Shown: positions 12,331-24,976 of the stretch, piece after piece | Numbering within the stretch: the stretch's first letter is position 1 | How the letters are laid out: the number at the start of each line of letters is the position of its first letter | NCBI RefSeq assembly: GCF_022045235.1 | Contig: NW_027266319.1 | Location: 63,426,001 to 63,490,000, forward strand | Direction of reading: 5' to 3' | Source of the DNA: Haliotis cracherodii | Lineage: Eukaryota | DNA length: 64,000 nt | Notes under the pieces: model-generated | What the model was told of the DNA's origin: nothing | Seen by the model: only the letters and a program-made list of their open reading frames with translations | The model's database searches: none | Made by a program: the position numbers and the translations under genes

Positions 12331-12550
12331 CTGCTTGTACTAATTCGGACTGATGCCGATTTGTAGTGCTAGCTCACTGAGAAACCATGCCACAGTTTAA
12401 CATGCATATCTCACTCAGACACAGTATACTGACTACGAGCCGACCAGTCCTTGTTTTAGCCCCTTAATGCCGAGAGCCAGACAGGGTAACAACAAGTACC
12501 ATCTTCTGGCATGACGCGGCCGGGGATCGAACCCCGGACCTTCCGCTCTC
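12330..12550 (-). mobile_element. SINE family C, partial
   Basis: Reverse complement of the 13938 copy over ~220 bp. Confidence 0.85.
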
Positions 12551-12669
12551 CATGACTTGTACAGTCCCGTAAGCGTCTAGCCACAGTGGTTGGAACCCGA
12601 GCCAACGAGATAGCTTCATCTTAGTGCCCTCCCTTGTCACACAGATAATCCGGGTTCGAATCCCTACGC

Positions 12670-12851
12670 ATAGTCTGTCACACAGACCCTGAAACATATA
12701 TATCCAATACAGCCTATGCAAGTCTATAATAGCGGGCAAGTCTAGATTAGTGCAGCATCTGAAAATGAGTCTCGGCTCCTTTTGATTATTTTTCTTTAAG
12801 ATAATTTTACAATTGTTTTTCTCTCTGTAAAATATGTTCATTTTAGAATCT
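12670..12851. mobile_element. Interspersed ~185-bp repeat, possibly an Academ-like MITE (second copy at 54566-54751)
   Basis: GTCTGTCA(C/T)ACAGACCCTGAAACA...ATGCAAGTCTATA...GCAAGTCTAGA...ATCTGAAAATGA is shared with 54566. Ends read TAGTCT.../...AGACTA. Confidence 0.5.
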
Positions 12852-12982
12852 AGATATTAGTCTTCCTTACTCCATTTTGCAATATCTGGTGAGAAACTGT
12901 CCTCGGTATCCATTGCCGGTCGTACGATCAAACTAAAGTGGTCGGCGGGTGGTCAGGCTCTTTGATTCGACTAAGGGAGCGA

Positions 12983-13093
12983 CCACTCACTCACTCACTC
13001 GCTAACTCACTCACTCACTCAACTACTCACTCAACCACTCACTCAACCACTCACTCACTCAACTACTCACTCAACCACTCACTCACTCAACCA
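12983..13093. repeat. (CACT)n-derived microsatellite
   Basis: Direct reading. Confidence 0.9.
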
Positions 13094-13664
13094 CAGACCC
13101 GCCTCCATATTGATATGACATTTACAATAACTATGAATTTGTAATTAATTTATTCTGTTCAATTCTATTTTACTTTCATTTTACTGGTATGAAAAATGTC
13201 CATCGCTGTGTTTAACCTCGTGATAACCTTCTGCACTGACAATTTATCTAAATTAATTACATAATTTAAATGCGAATGTTAATAGATTATATCCGGTGGA
13301 TATTGTATTGTTTATTAATTAAATTTTAAAATTGTCATTTTTATACACATATGTCATGGACAAAGCGCATGGGAAACGTTACATGTGCAATATAAAAAGA
13401 ATTCAGCACGTGTAACGGTTTGTTTTTACAAATTTCCTACCTGACGAACCTACGGAAACGCATGAACAAGTATGTACCAAGTCCCTTAATCAAGATTATT
13501 ATTGACGATAATTGAAAAATGATTAATAAAAAGTGGATTGCGTTATAATAATAGTTGACTTAATTCAGCGTATATCCATTGTCAGGCCGTATTGTTTACC
13601 ATCCCTCTTTCCTTCATTTGCCCCCTAGCCGGTTCACTACTTCTCACACTTCGCTACACATATA

Positions 13665-13723
13665 CCTCCATTGTATCTTAAGGCCTCCATTGTATCTTAA
13701 GGCCTCCATTGTATCTTAAGGCC
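13665..13723. repeat. Perfect 19-bp x3 tandem repeat
   Basis: CCTCCATTGTATCTTAAGG occurs three times. Confidence 0.95.
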
Positions 13724-13937
13724 AAGGAAAAGTAACTGACTGTTTGTTCTATGGCTCACCGCGTCAATTTAAAAATGATATTAACAACTCTATATATGAT
13801 GATGTATGATCGCATTTATATTGAAGAAATAGGGATATCTTTATAGTGAAAACTGAGCACACAAACTCATCCCCAAAAATATTCACGATCCCTGACTTGT
13901 TTGTCAGTATATATGGTAATGCTTCTTCTTTCTGTAG

Positions 13938-14282
13938 ACTGCTTCCGTGGTCTAGTGGGAGAGTGTCCGCCCGGAGAGCGGAAGGTGTGGGGTTCGATCC
14001 CCGGCCGCGTCATACCAAAAGACGTTAAAAGATGGTACTTGTTGTTACCCTGTCTGGCTCTCGGCATTCAGGGGCTAAAACAAGGACTGGTCGGCTCGTA
14101 ATCACTATACTGTGTCTGAGTTTGGGTATTCATGTTAAACTGCGGCATGGTATCTCAGTGAGCTAGCACTATAAATCGGCATCAGTCCGGACTAGTACAA
14201 GCAGCCACTCAAACACACACACGTCGCTATATAAGTGCAATAATCTTGGACGCGACGTTAAACCCCATTTCACCTCACCTCT
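13938..14282 (+). mobile_element. SINE family C, full length
   Basis: A and B boxes (GGTTCGATCCC), V-like core, 3' stem-loop and (TCACC)n tail. Confidence 0.9.
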
Positions 14283-14536
14283 TCTTTATGTAACAAATTG
14301 ATAAATTGAGCAGATTGAAAATATATGTGAGGATAATTTAATATCTACTTATAGTAAAAGAGTGAGTGGTGTATTTGCTTTTACGTCGTATAATTATATA
14401 TTAGGATATTATATAAGTCTTCGTGTCATATTATGTTTACGACACGGGTGTTTAAATACCCGTAGGTAATAGAGAGCAGTATTCCTTTGACGCCACAGCG
14501 TGGAACACATGGCATGGGCTAGCCACTTTGTTGTCT

Positions 14537-14802
14537 GTTTGTTTGTTTGTTGTTTTTCGTCGCACTCAGCATTATTCCAGCTACGTGACGGCGGTCTGTA
14601 AATAATGGAGTCGGGACCAGACAATCCAGTGATTGACATCATGAGCATCGATCTACGCAATTGGGATACGATGACATGCATCAACCAAGTCAGGGAGGCT
14701 GACCACCCGATCCCGTTAGTCGCCTCTTACGACAAGCATAGTCGCCTCTTACGGCAAGCATGGGTTGCTGAAGACCTATTGTACGCCGGATCTTCAGGGG
14801 TC
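14537..14802 (-). mobile_element. SINE family D (RTE/RUDI-like non-tRNA head, (AAAC)n tail), full length
   Basis: Minus strand reads GACCCCTGAAGATCCGG...GGTCTTCAGCAACCCATGCTTG...TGTCGTAAGAGGCGACTAA... and ends in (AAAC)n. Seven copies or fragments occur in the window. Confidence 0.85.
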
Positions 14803-14954
14803 ACACGTTGTATTCTTATTGGGAATTGAACCCGCATACTCGGTGTGCCAACACATTAGTCTCAAAGCTACCCAACCTCCTTTGCTTAGTTGAATGGTAA
14901 ATGGACTAAAGTCACTAATACCTAAGCACCGCCATCAAAAATATGTTCCACCAT

Positions 14955-15117
14955 GGGTGTTCAAGGTAGCCCAGTGGTTAAAGCATTCGTTCGTCTAACC
15001 GGAGACCCAGAATCGATTCCCAAGTATGTAGGATATTGGGATCATATACTTGGGGCACCCCCACGATGATGTATAAATATGAAATATAAAAGCAGCGTAA
15101 AACTATACTCACTCACT
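14955..15117 (+). mobile_element. SINE family A, diverged
   Basis: GGTAGCCCAGTGGTTAAAGC...AAAAGCAGCGTAAAACTATACTCACTCACTC. Confidence 0.7.
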
Positions 15118-15222
15118 CCGTCCCCCTACTGCAAGTACAAATAAATGACCAGAAACAGCATAATAAGAAATAATATAACACTTTTTATGTCATTGTCATA
15201 GCAGCATTCAGCCTTCTTAAAC

Positions 15223-15503
15223 GGGGCACGGGTGGCCCAGTCGTCTAAGGCGCCGCGATTCGCTGTGCAGAGTTGCGTCCCTTGTGCACACCAGAAACCT
15301 GTGATTGTGGTTTCGAATCCCGGTTCGCCCCAATTATGTTTCTAGGTTTGTCAGCACCACACCCGTGCTCGTGGGTTTCACCGAAGTGGTAAACGTCTGA
15401 GACCTGCATCACTTCGGGCTTTCCTCCCACAATAAGCTGACACACTGTGATATAACTGGAATAATGTTAAAAGGGGCGTTAAACCCAACTCACTCATTCA
15501 CTC
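15223..15503 (+). mobile_element. SINE family B (tRNA-Leu-like head, Meta-domain-like body), full length
   Basis: TGGCCCAGTCGTCTAAGGCGCCGCG resembles the tRNA-Leu D-arm. B box TTCGAATCC, body GGTTTGTCAG...TTTCCTCCCAC..AAGCTGAC, and (ACTC)n tail. Confidence 0.85.
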
Positions 15504-16854
15504 TTAAAAGTAACAGTGCCTATAAACTTAATAAGATAGAAACATAAATGTCATTCTTTTATTCACGATTGAATGCTGCAGTCGTTTCGCGACCACCTGG
15601 TGTAATCACTGTTTCAAAAGAGTTCCTGTTTACTGTTTACTGCTCAAAATTCTTAATTCTCTAATTAAACAGTAATGTTTGCTTCTTAAAACTTTAGAAT
15701 ACACATCAAAACTGTAGATATTCCGTTATAACAAAATTGAAGTACTTTGAAGTTTGAATTAACTGAATTTAGTTCAATATTTAGTAGATAGATTAAATTT
15801 GTTTTTGGTCGTTGTGTTCTTTACTTGTTTATTTTCTGTCTGCGTAGATATGAATGTGGTCGTACAAGTTTATATTTTATTTCTTTTAAAAAACGTCACG
15901 TTTCATGTAAATATCACCACATACACTCTGAGCACAGTTTTTTTCAAATGATCAGACGTCTGAAATAACGGTATCATTAGCATCCCTAACGATTTCTTTA
16001 CACTGACCGTGTTTCACCATTCATATTATTTGCCAGCATCACATAATTCATCATTAGAACCATAGGAATAAAACACAGAAATCTATCATAAACCATGTAA
16101 AAAATTCAGAATTCGTATCTTTGATATCAAACATTGATTCACGAAATTCCTACTTTCAAAGGTCATTTATCTATAATCTTAAGATTTCTCTCTCACTGGA
16201 TTAATTCCATTTGTTAACGGTTCTAAACAACTGATTCCACGATACACATTTGCTTGCTTTACAGCGCAAATGGCTGCACTTGCGAATATAATAAATTTAA
16301 TATAATGAGGCATTGTTTGTTAAGGGAGATCAATGAAATCCAAGGCACTGTATTGACGTGACGCTTTGAAGCACAGAGCGGTTGAAAATTATATGTCTTC
16401 ATTGATTTGTTCGTTTCGCGGAACATACAGAGACGATCATATGGTCAATTTTTCTTGAACTTTACCATTTGTTTTATCGTGGTTGAATGTCCACACCAGC
16501 CACCCACGAGTGAATTGTATTTACTGCATGTGTTACTGCTGTGAGAACTGAATTGATGATTTCCATTTCTGACGAATAGCTGCAAAACTGATATTAATAT
16601 AGCGGAATACAATATTCGCTCACACGTGCTTACAAGGGTATTGGATTTCCTTGGTACCTAATAAAATGGTTGAATGTTCGTTTTATACCCCATATTCCAG
16701 CCTATCTGTTACTGAATAGTTTTGATATAAACTGAGATAATAAATAATATGTGTTATGGGAAAACATGCTATTTCATACAAAACATGGACAGGATTAACG
16801 TGTGGATTTAGAGTTGTTTTATTCTTAAGATCAAGTCTTCTTTATATTACAATA

Positions 16855-17015
16855 AGTGAGTATTGTTTTTAGCCGCTTTTAACAGTATTCCAACAGTATG
16901 AGGCGGAGGACAACAGAGATTGGCTTCATAAATTTACCAATCTAGGGAATCGACCCCGGGACTTGACGGGATGTGTCGATCGAACGCTTTATCCACAATG
17001 CTACCTCACCTCGCC
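16855..17015 (-). mobile_element. SINE family A, diverged
   Basis: AGTGAGTATTGTTTTTAGCCGCTTTT...GGGAATCGACCCCGG...CGAACGCTTTA.CCAC is the reverse complement of A. Confidence 0.7.
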
Positions 17016-18634
17016 CTTATACTACAGCTTCTTAATATTCTAACTCTGACGTCATTGTCTCATGTCATTATTGTTCATAAGGTGGATCTACTTATATGGA
17101 AACAAGATTTTATAGAATATCAACTTGGAACACACATCATCCTTAAAGTGATTGCTACATTATCATAACGGACAAGGGAACAGCGAGCACTCACCTTATT
17201 ATCAAACAATTGGATCTCGAAGGTGCTGTTAGCGATCTTCGTGAAACTGACGACGATTCAGATAGTTTGATAAAGTGATTAAGGGTTTGAAGAACTTAAT
17301 TGTTTTGTTGCATGTTTCAATTAACATTATGTTCTATGAATGCTTATTTTTTGTTTATTCGAAAAAATAATTTCTGATTTCAATATGTGTATTGTTGAAA
17401 TGCAGTGAGGATATGGATTTATTAGAAATGCGTCGTCAGAGTAAGAAGGGAAAAAACGCACGCGAACCAACCAGCGTCTTTGCAGTTTTCAAGACATCTT
17501 TCATTCTTCATTAGCGTCATAATTCTTTAACATTCATAATACAATCACGTCTATTCTTGGGGAATAATTCAAATCATACATTACGTTTAACGAAATTATT
17601 TGTTGTGGATGCATTAAATATTCATGTCATGCGACTGTCGAAAATTTAAAAAACGAAACATAATTAATTCATGTAAATTGAATGGAATGGGCGATGTTTA
17701 ACTTCAGGGCAGCTTTACTGCATATTAATGAAATGCTAATTCACGTCATATATAAAAATCGCGACTTTCTACATATAGCGGCCGTGACGATTACATTCCA
17801 CATATAACGTCTAGATGTGATGCATTTAGCATATGAATGGCAATGCGGGGCGTTGTCAATATCAAAGGAGATGAAATGTACAAGATTCTATAGACTGTTT
17901 ACTCAATGATATCAAGGACCGATTCATTGGATAGTCGTATGTGTCGTTGTCAATTTCAGAAGCGGTGCTGTCTGCAAATGCGCGATGTCTTCGTCGCCTG
18001 ATAGCTTCTAGTCGGCATAGCGTTAAGGACTCTGTCATCAGCGCCGAGGTAAATTTACGAGATATTTTGAGTGACGTTTTGGCAGGTGGATGGGCAACCA
18101 GCTCGGGGAGGGGAAGCAAATTAAAGCACTCGCATCGGGACCGTCAAGCGTTGTATGGCTGAGGGACAAAAAGTTAAGCGTACCTGCTGTAATCAAAATA
18201 AACCTGATACCACAATATGGAACCAAACACCAATAACAGTAACATCAAAGGGGGGCTGGACAAACGCTAAAGAGGGAGAGAAGGGGGACGGGCGACAGTG
18301 GGTTCTAACTCCAGACCGGGGTTGAATCACTGGGGTTATTAGCAACTGAAGTGGGTGGGGGGGAGGGGAAGTGTACCTTGGTTAAACAGGGTCATAATCA
18401 TTTACACCTTCACGTTGTGAGTCGGGATGACGACATGAGGACGGGATGCGAGAGAGAGGCTCATCTTCTCAGCATCCCTGTTGTAAGCATATACTGTAGG
18501 CTCGGGGAGAGGGGATTTGCCTCGTGGTTGTCTAAGGGCATTTTTTCAAAATTTGGTAATCTTTTTTTCCAGGGTGTAATTTAAATAGGGCAGATATTAA
18601 GTCATAAAAAGACCCCGTTTTTAGTCTCTGAATT

Positions 18635-18860
18635 CGCTCGCTCACTATAACTTGCATTCGTTGTCTCTCACATTCGCTCGTACAGGGGAACTCGCATTCG
18701 CGATCTCTCACATTATGTCGCTCACTAGAACTTGCATTCGCTATCTCTCACATTCGCTCGTACAGGGGAACTCGCATTCGCGATCTCTCACATTCTGTCG
18801 CACGCTAGCACTCGCATTCGCTATCTCTCACATTCGCTCGTACAGGGGAACTCGCATTTG
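18635..18860. repeat. Minisatellite with an 80-bp unit made of two 40-bp subunits
   Basis: CTCGCATTCGC(G/T)ATCTCTCACATT recurs every ~40 bp with alternating variants. Confidence 0.85.
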
Positions 18861-18962
18861 TTTTCTTACACTTGCATGCACTCATTCTTAAATACACGCA
18901 CTCACATTCTCTCTCACACGTGCAAGCTTTCTCAAATACGCATTATCCCTGGTACTCGCATA

Positions 18963-19053
18963 CTCTCTCTCTCTCTCTCTCTCCCTCCCTCCCTCCCCTC
19001 TCTACCCCTCTCTCTCTCACTCTCTCCCTCCCTCCTCTCCCCCCTCTCTCTCT
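18963..19053. repeat. (CT)n / C-rich polypyrimidine microsatellite
   Basis: Direct reading. Confidence 0.9.
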
Positions 19054-21049
19054 TTAGCTCTCGACCTGCACCAAGATGTACATAAATCCTTTCTTTAAAT
19101 CTGAGCCCTTCTCTAACCTAATACCTTTATATAATCATCACTATGACATTCCATTAAGAATAAAATCGATACCGATTACTCTATTATGTGTAAGCAGGAG
19201 CCCCGTCAGAGGACTTCAATAAGCAGCACTGACCATACATAACCGGAAGTGCAGGACTGGTCACTTGTCATGGGAACGGAAACGCATTTATTGTTACAGA
19301 TTATTACCGTCCGTCTGTCTATGCATAAATAATGGCATAATCCTCTATATATTATTTTTCATACCAGGCACAGGAAAATATATCTTCAAAACATCTTGCT
19401 ACCGGAGTATTCTTGTGAGAGCAATTTGGGTTTACACCGGATTTTCCTGCATCTGTCCGGATACAGATGTCAGAGAAAATCGAACCAATCACAAACGTGC
19501 ATCAACCGGTGTTAGATCAGTTTAGGTACTTCCGTCCTCTCTTTGGAAACTGATACACTTGCTCAGCATCCCTCTTCTCTAACCCCCTCCCCTACCCATT
19601 TAACTTCCATCCTCCCCCCCCCCCACCCCCAACCCCGCCCCTACAGAAACCCACATTACCTTCCTTCCCACGAAAACGACTTTCTACCTACGCTAGTTTT
19701 GAGATCCATACCTTTTATTACGACCAAAGCACATGACCTGAAAAATCGATAGCATTCAATAATTCAATAGGACACAAACCAAATCTATTAAATCATATCT
19801 CCTAGGATTTGGAGTGCGGTTCGATCGCTGCTAGTGCTTCACGATATATCCCTATTAATAATTCCCCACGTTGATAAAAGCCTGCACATCAAGACACGCT
19901 TAACAACTACTAGTTACATGTGCGCTGACCAGGTACGCCACCTAATATCGTCAGGTGTTAATCTCAGATCACCGTACGCTCCATGTTGCTATTTAATATT
20001 TCATACTAGCGACGGTGTCCTTCCAGTTCCACAATGCTTGTTTCACTGAAGCAAACCCCTCGCTAATCGGGCACAAACAACGAACAGCATTTTGTACTCC
20101 AACAAGCAATAAATTACAGGCTGGTCCTTCAGGCCTAATGAATTTCATGATGTTACTCTACTTTTTCAATGAAATCAACATCATTGATGACGGATTAGCA
20201 CCGTGTTAATTCCAACTGCGTGTGCAATGAACATGACATACGTCAAATGCATTGATACCTATGCTTGTACATTTCAGCTAGATAACGGTGCATGCCAATA
20301 CATGCAGTTGTACGCAGACCATGTTATACCAAATACTTCTCATCGTTAACATCTTGTAGTCAAGTTAGGATATTTTCTTGGGAACTTACCAACATGTACT
20401 TTTATGCAAAATATTCTCGCTATGCAGTTACAAAATCGATATTTTCTGATTGATGTGACAGCCGGGATCATAATAAATATTATCAGTTATTAACAATGCA
20501 ACTAGCAACTACTTTCAAAGGTAATGGTTTGAAAACTCGAAATGTGATGTCAAAAAATTACAGGCAACATGTGTGTTCTCGTTGCACCCTCGCTATTATG
20601 AAGCGACAACGTTATGCATGATACACGGCTACATGCAGAGCCAGTAAACCGACTATTAGCCACCCGGTAACCATCTAACCGTACCATCTTTCCACCCTTA
20701 AACCCTTTCCCACTGTATTGTCTATTTCTGGAAGGAGCCATGGCATTACGTGTTCTTATTTTTAGAGTGAATAGAGCTTTACGCTGTTTTATTCTCTGTT
20801 CTGAGGAGGATTTTACTTTGTGGTTTATTCGAAAATATTGAAAATTTCGAAATATTCGAAAAAAATTGTCAAAAGATTTCTGGTGCATTTCGTTCAATTA
20901 TCAGTGAATAAAATCTGAAAATTACCAAAACAATAAAGGTTTGTTGTTGAATCCAGAGATTATTCCTTAGTATGAATACGGTGGAAAATTATTTGATTCT
21001 GTGGCGTGCAAATGGTGATACGTTATTTGTCAATACTATTTGGGTGTGA

Positions 21050-22125
21050 ATTGCAAAAGACGTTATTTCATTTCCTGGCGTTGAATATGGCGTTACTTTA
21101 TTTGATATTTAAGGAAGGTAAGTTGTGTTGTTACATGGCGTACATACAGTGGTACGTTATTTGAATGGTGTGGTATGTGAATGTGTGAGAATAGGATAGT
21201 GTGAATCTTTGTTATTCGATCCTTTGAAATGTATGTTATTTGATTCTATGGCGTGAATACGGAAGTACATTTTTAATTATTTGGTGTGAATACGGTGATA
21301 AGCTATTTGATTACCTGGCGTGTCTAGGGTGGTACGTTATTTGATTCCTTGGCTTGAATAGGGTGATAGATAGGGTTTACGTTATTTGATTCCCTGGCGT
21401 GAATAGGGTGATGAATAGGGTTGTACGTTATTTGATTCCCTGGCGTGAATAGGGTGCTACATTATTGATTCCCTGGCGTGAATAGGGTGGTACTTATTGA
21501 TTCCCTGTTGTGAATAAAGTTGTACGTTATATGATTCCCTGGCGTGAAGAGGGTGATGAATAGGGTTGTACATTATTTGATTCCCTGGCTTTAAAATAGG
21601 GCGATGAATAGGGTTGTACGTTATTTGATTCCCTAGCTTGAATAGGGTGACACGTTATTTGATTCCCTGGCGTGAATAGGGTGATGAATAGGGTTGTACG
21701 TTATATGATTCCCCGGCGTGAATAGGGTGGTACGTTGTTTGATTCCCTGGCTTTAAGATAGGGCGATGAATAGGGTTGTACATTATTTGATTCTCTGGCT
21801 TTAAAATAGGGCGATGAATAGGGTTGTACGTTACTTGATTCCCTGGCGTGAATAGGGTTGTACGTTATTTGATTCCCTGGCATGAATAGGGTGATGAATA
21901 GGGTTGTACGTTATATGATTCCCTGGCGTGAATAGCGTGATAAATTCGGTTGTACGATATTTGATCCCCTGGCGTGATAAGGGTGATGAATTGGGTTGTA
22001 CGTTATTTGATTCCCTGGCGTGAATAGGGTGATCAATAGGGTTGTACGTTATATGATTCCCTAGCGTGAATAGCGTGATGAATTGGGTTGTACGATATTT
22101 GATCCCCTGGCGTGAATAGGGTGGT
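21050..22125. repeat. Minisatellite with ~34/47-bp units
   Basis: GTTGTACGTTATTTGATTCCCTGGCGTGAATAGG, with or without a GTGATGAATAGG module; it degenerates toward the left. Confidence 0.9.
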
Positions 22126-22571
22126 TTCTTGGAAGGTAATTCTTTGCCTTTGAGGAGGATTCTTTTGCGAGAATATGATTCAGCGTTGTGTTATGACGTG
22201 AGCACGACTTTGTTTTATTACTGTGTATTGACTAGGGTGCTATGGCGTTTCATTCTAGGGATTCATTGATTGGATCGATTAGGCTGTTACCGTGTTTTAT
22301 TATCTGGATTAGAAGTTGGTTGGCTGTCTAGAGTGAATAGAAATTTACTGTCGTATATTTTTTTAAAGAAATCAGTCAGAAACGAATACAATTTTATATG
22401 TACCTATATCTCCGATCCCGTTGCGATAGCTTAGAGCGAGTGAATGAATACAGTTTCACCCCACAATCAACGCTATTTCATTTTCATCATTTCCCGGTGT
22501 ATAAAATCGGGTTAGAGTCACCCAGGTCACGTGTTACAACCTCCCGATCCTCATCTCGGTCGGAGACCTCC

Positions 22572-22840
22572 TCCGTGATGTAATGGATAGAGCGCCGGTG
22601 TCAGTGTTCGATGCCCTAGCCGCATCATATCAAAAGGCGTTAAAAGATGGCACTTGTTGTTACCCTTCCTGGCGCTCGACATTAAAGGGATAAAACAGAC
22701 TGGTCGGCTCGTAGTCAGTACAGTCAGTGTTCTGTGTCTAAGAAGGGTGTCCGTGTTAAACTCGGGCATGGTATCTCAGTGGACTGGCATAATAAAGTCG
22801 GTATCAGTCCTGACAGGTACAAGCAGCCACACATACACTT
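22572..22840 (+). mobile_element. SINE family C, diverged, followed by a family D fragment (+, ~22858-23000)
   Basis: CAAAAGGCGTTAAAAGATGGCACTTGTTGTTACCC core, then GGATCGGG...CAGACCACCGTCATATAGC. Confidence 0.8.
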
Positions 22841-23456
22841 GCCTATGCATGCGATTGACTGGATCGGGTTTTCAGGCTCGCTGACTTGATGGATGATATC
22901 ATCGTATCCCAATTGCGTAGATCGATGCTAATGATGTCAATCACTAGATTGTCTGGTTCAGATTATTTACAGACCACCGTCATATAGCTTGAATATTGCT
23001 TCCATCTTGGGGTCAGAGTGGCTGCTGAATATTAATGTGTTTGTTTGGTGAACATTAGGACAGCATTTTGTTTTATACCGCAGTTTGACAACATCGTTTT
23101 AGAGACTGCTGACCAACGTCACGGGCGCGATACAATCATATTCTCTTAGTTCGGAAACTCCGTTTACGGGACGAATATCTTTAGGTACGTCCGAGTGTAT
23201 AGTGTCACCTCGATATTCAGGACGGCACTGCTCTAAGAGAAATCGCCCGAATGAAAAGATAAGATGTTCTGCGCGCGCGCGCGTGCGTGCGTGCGTGTGT
23301 GTGTGTTTGTTTTTGTGTGAACGTGCGCGTGTGTCTGTTAGTGTTGGTGCGTGCGTCCACGGGTTGCAATCGGCATAAGTGGATTTCGTATTTAATGGAG
23401 TGCCAGCATCAACCTGAACTGAAGGTTGTGACATCATTCCCCATCTATTGAGCAGG

Positions 23457-23606
23457 TGGCGGCGGGATAGCATAGCGGTTAAAGCGTTCGCTCGTCACGC
23501 CGAAGTCACGGGTTCGATTCCTGTTATGGCTACAATATGTGAAATCTTTCGCTGTGATATTGCTGGAATATTGCTAAAAGCGGCGTAAAACCATACTTAC
23601 TTACTC
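23457..23606 (+). mobile_element. SINE family A, followed by a diverged family B fragment (~23615-23770)
   Basis: GGTTAAAGCGTTCGCTCGTCACGCCGAAG...GGTTCGATTCC...GCGGCGTAAAACCATACT. Confidence 0.85.
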
Positions 23607-24368
23607 ATCTGTTCAGAATACGTTAGTTGTACGTCAAATTGCGTCTCTTGGGCTCTCTAGGAACCAATGATCATGGGTTCGAATCCCGGTTCGTCCCGAT
23701 TATGTTTCCAGGATGTCAGCACCATACCATACCCTGGGTTTGACGGTCTTACTCACCCAATCACTCACCTCACAGACATCTAAAATGTCTAAAATAAAAC
23801 AATAAATAAATAAAAAATAAACAAAATATACAACGCGCCAATTGATCAAAATGGCGCGTTGTTGCGCTTCAGATAATTTTGTCACTTTTTTTCGAGGGTT
23901 TTTGTAAAGGCGACAATGTCCCTTCTAGAATTCCATACCTTAGAGACGGTAGCACTATCTCAACCATCTGGCGACAACGTCATTCTATTCTCCCAACAAA
24001 AAGCCCATTTCTGGTTCAAATATAAAACAAAGGAGAAAAAGGCGTGGACAGTCAATCGGAACGAGTTCACTTTCAACACAATATAGGGGTGATTTGCATA
24101 TTGGAAAATCCTATGAATACTTCTGCTTCAGGTAGTTCGCAGTGTCTCATCTACCTTATAACAGTCAACAGATGCAAATGATGTACAATATCCTTATTCA
24201 ATACTTGTATTTAGATAAATATGATATTTTCCCGTATATTGCAATCCATTGTCATCGTATCAATAACGTCGGATGTAAAGCAGTTCATATGAGGTTAATG
24301 ACAATGATAAGAATGATATCATGGATATTACTTAGTATTATTCATTTAAAAAAACGATTCTCTATATA

Positions 24369-24976
24369 CTACTCAAAAGAAGATAGGGACCACCCGATTT
24401 TTTCAAATTGTTATAGTTAATCTGTCATGGCGAAAAGAAATAAACTTGAAATATAAATGGAAGTTCTTTATCCGCATTGTGTTGAGAATACATGAAAATA
24501 ATTTACCGCAGTAAAATCGGGCTGAATTTATAACAAAATTTACCGTTATTGATTTGTACTGGTAATTAACGGATAACATATGTTTAGAATATTTGGCTCG
24601 CTTTTCGGACAGTGCTTTATCTCTACGATAAATGCCTATTACTTCAATGTGTAATACGTCATTGACGCCACAGGTTCAATACGTCATTGACTTTACATTT
24701 CTACCTTTTTCTCGAACACCTGGAGTCATCACCGTTTTTCAGTGATCCATTTTTATCATTTTCACCGCTATTTTGATGTTTTCGCCCAATGGAATCTGTT
24801 TCGGCAAATATGTTATGACTTTTATCTAGATGATTTAAACTCCGAAGAGTCAACCCGCAATTATGATAGATATTGTCAAAATCTAAAAATGGACAACATG
24901 ATGTGTATCATGTTGTGTTTAAGACAATAAAATTGCATATAAATTGTCTTCCTTTCCCTATCTATTTGTTTGATTA
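24369..24976. mobile_element. Degenerate Tc1/mariner-like non-autonomous element
   Basis: The left end TA-CTACTCAAAAGAAGATAGGGA partly matches the inverted TCCCTATCTATTTGTTTGA at ~24955. Confidence 0.4.

Noticed and set aside
13441-13460. CTGACGA...GAAAC hammerhead-like core (also CTGAAGAGAAAC on the minus strand at ~59229)
   Set aside because: No valid stem II or flanking stems.
19240-19540. CCGGAAGT, CCAAT and ACTTCCG promoter-like motifs
   Set aside because: No associated exon or CpG island; such motifs are common by chance and in DNA transposons.
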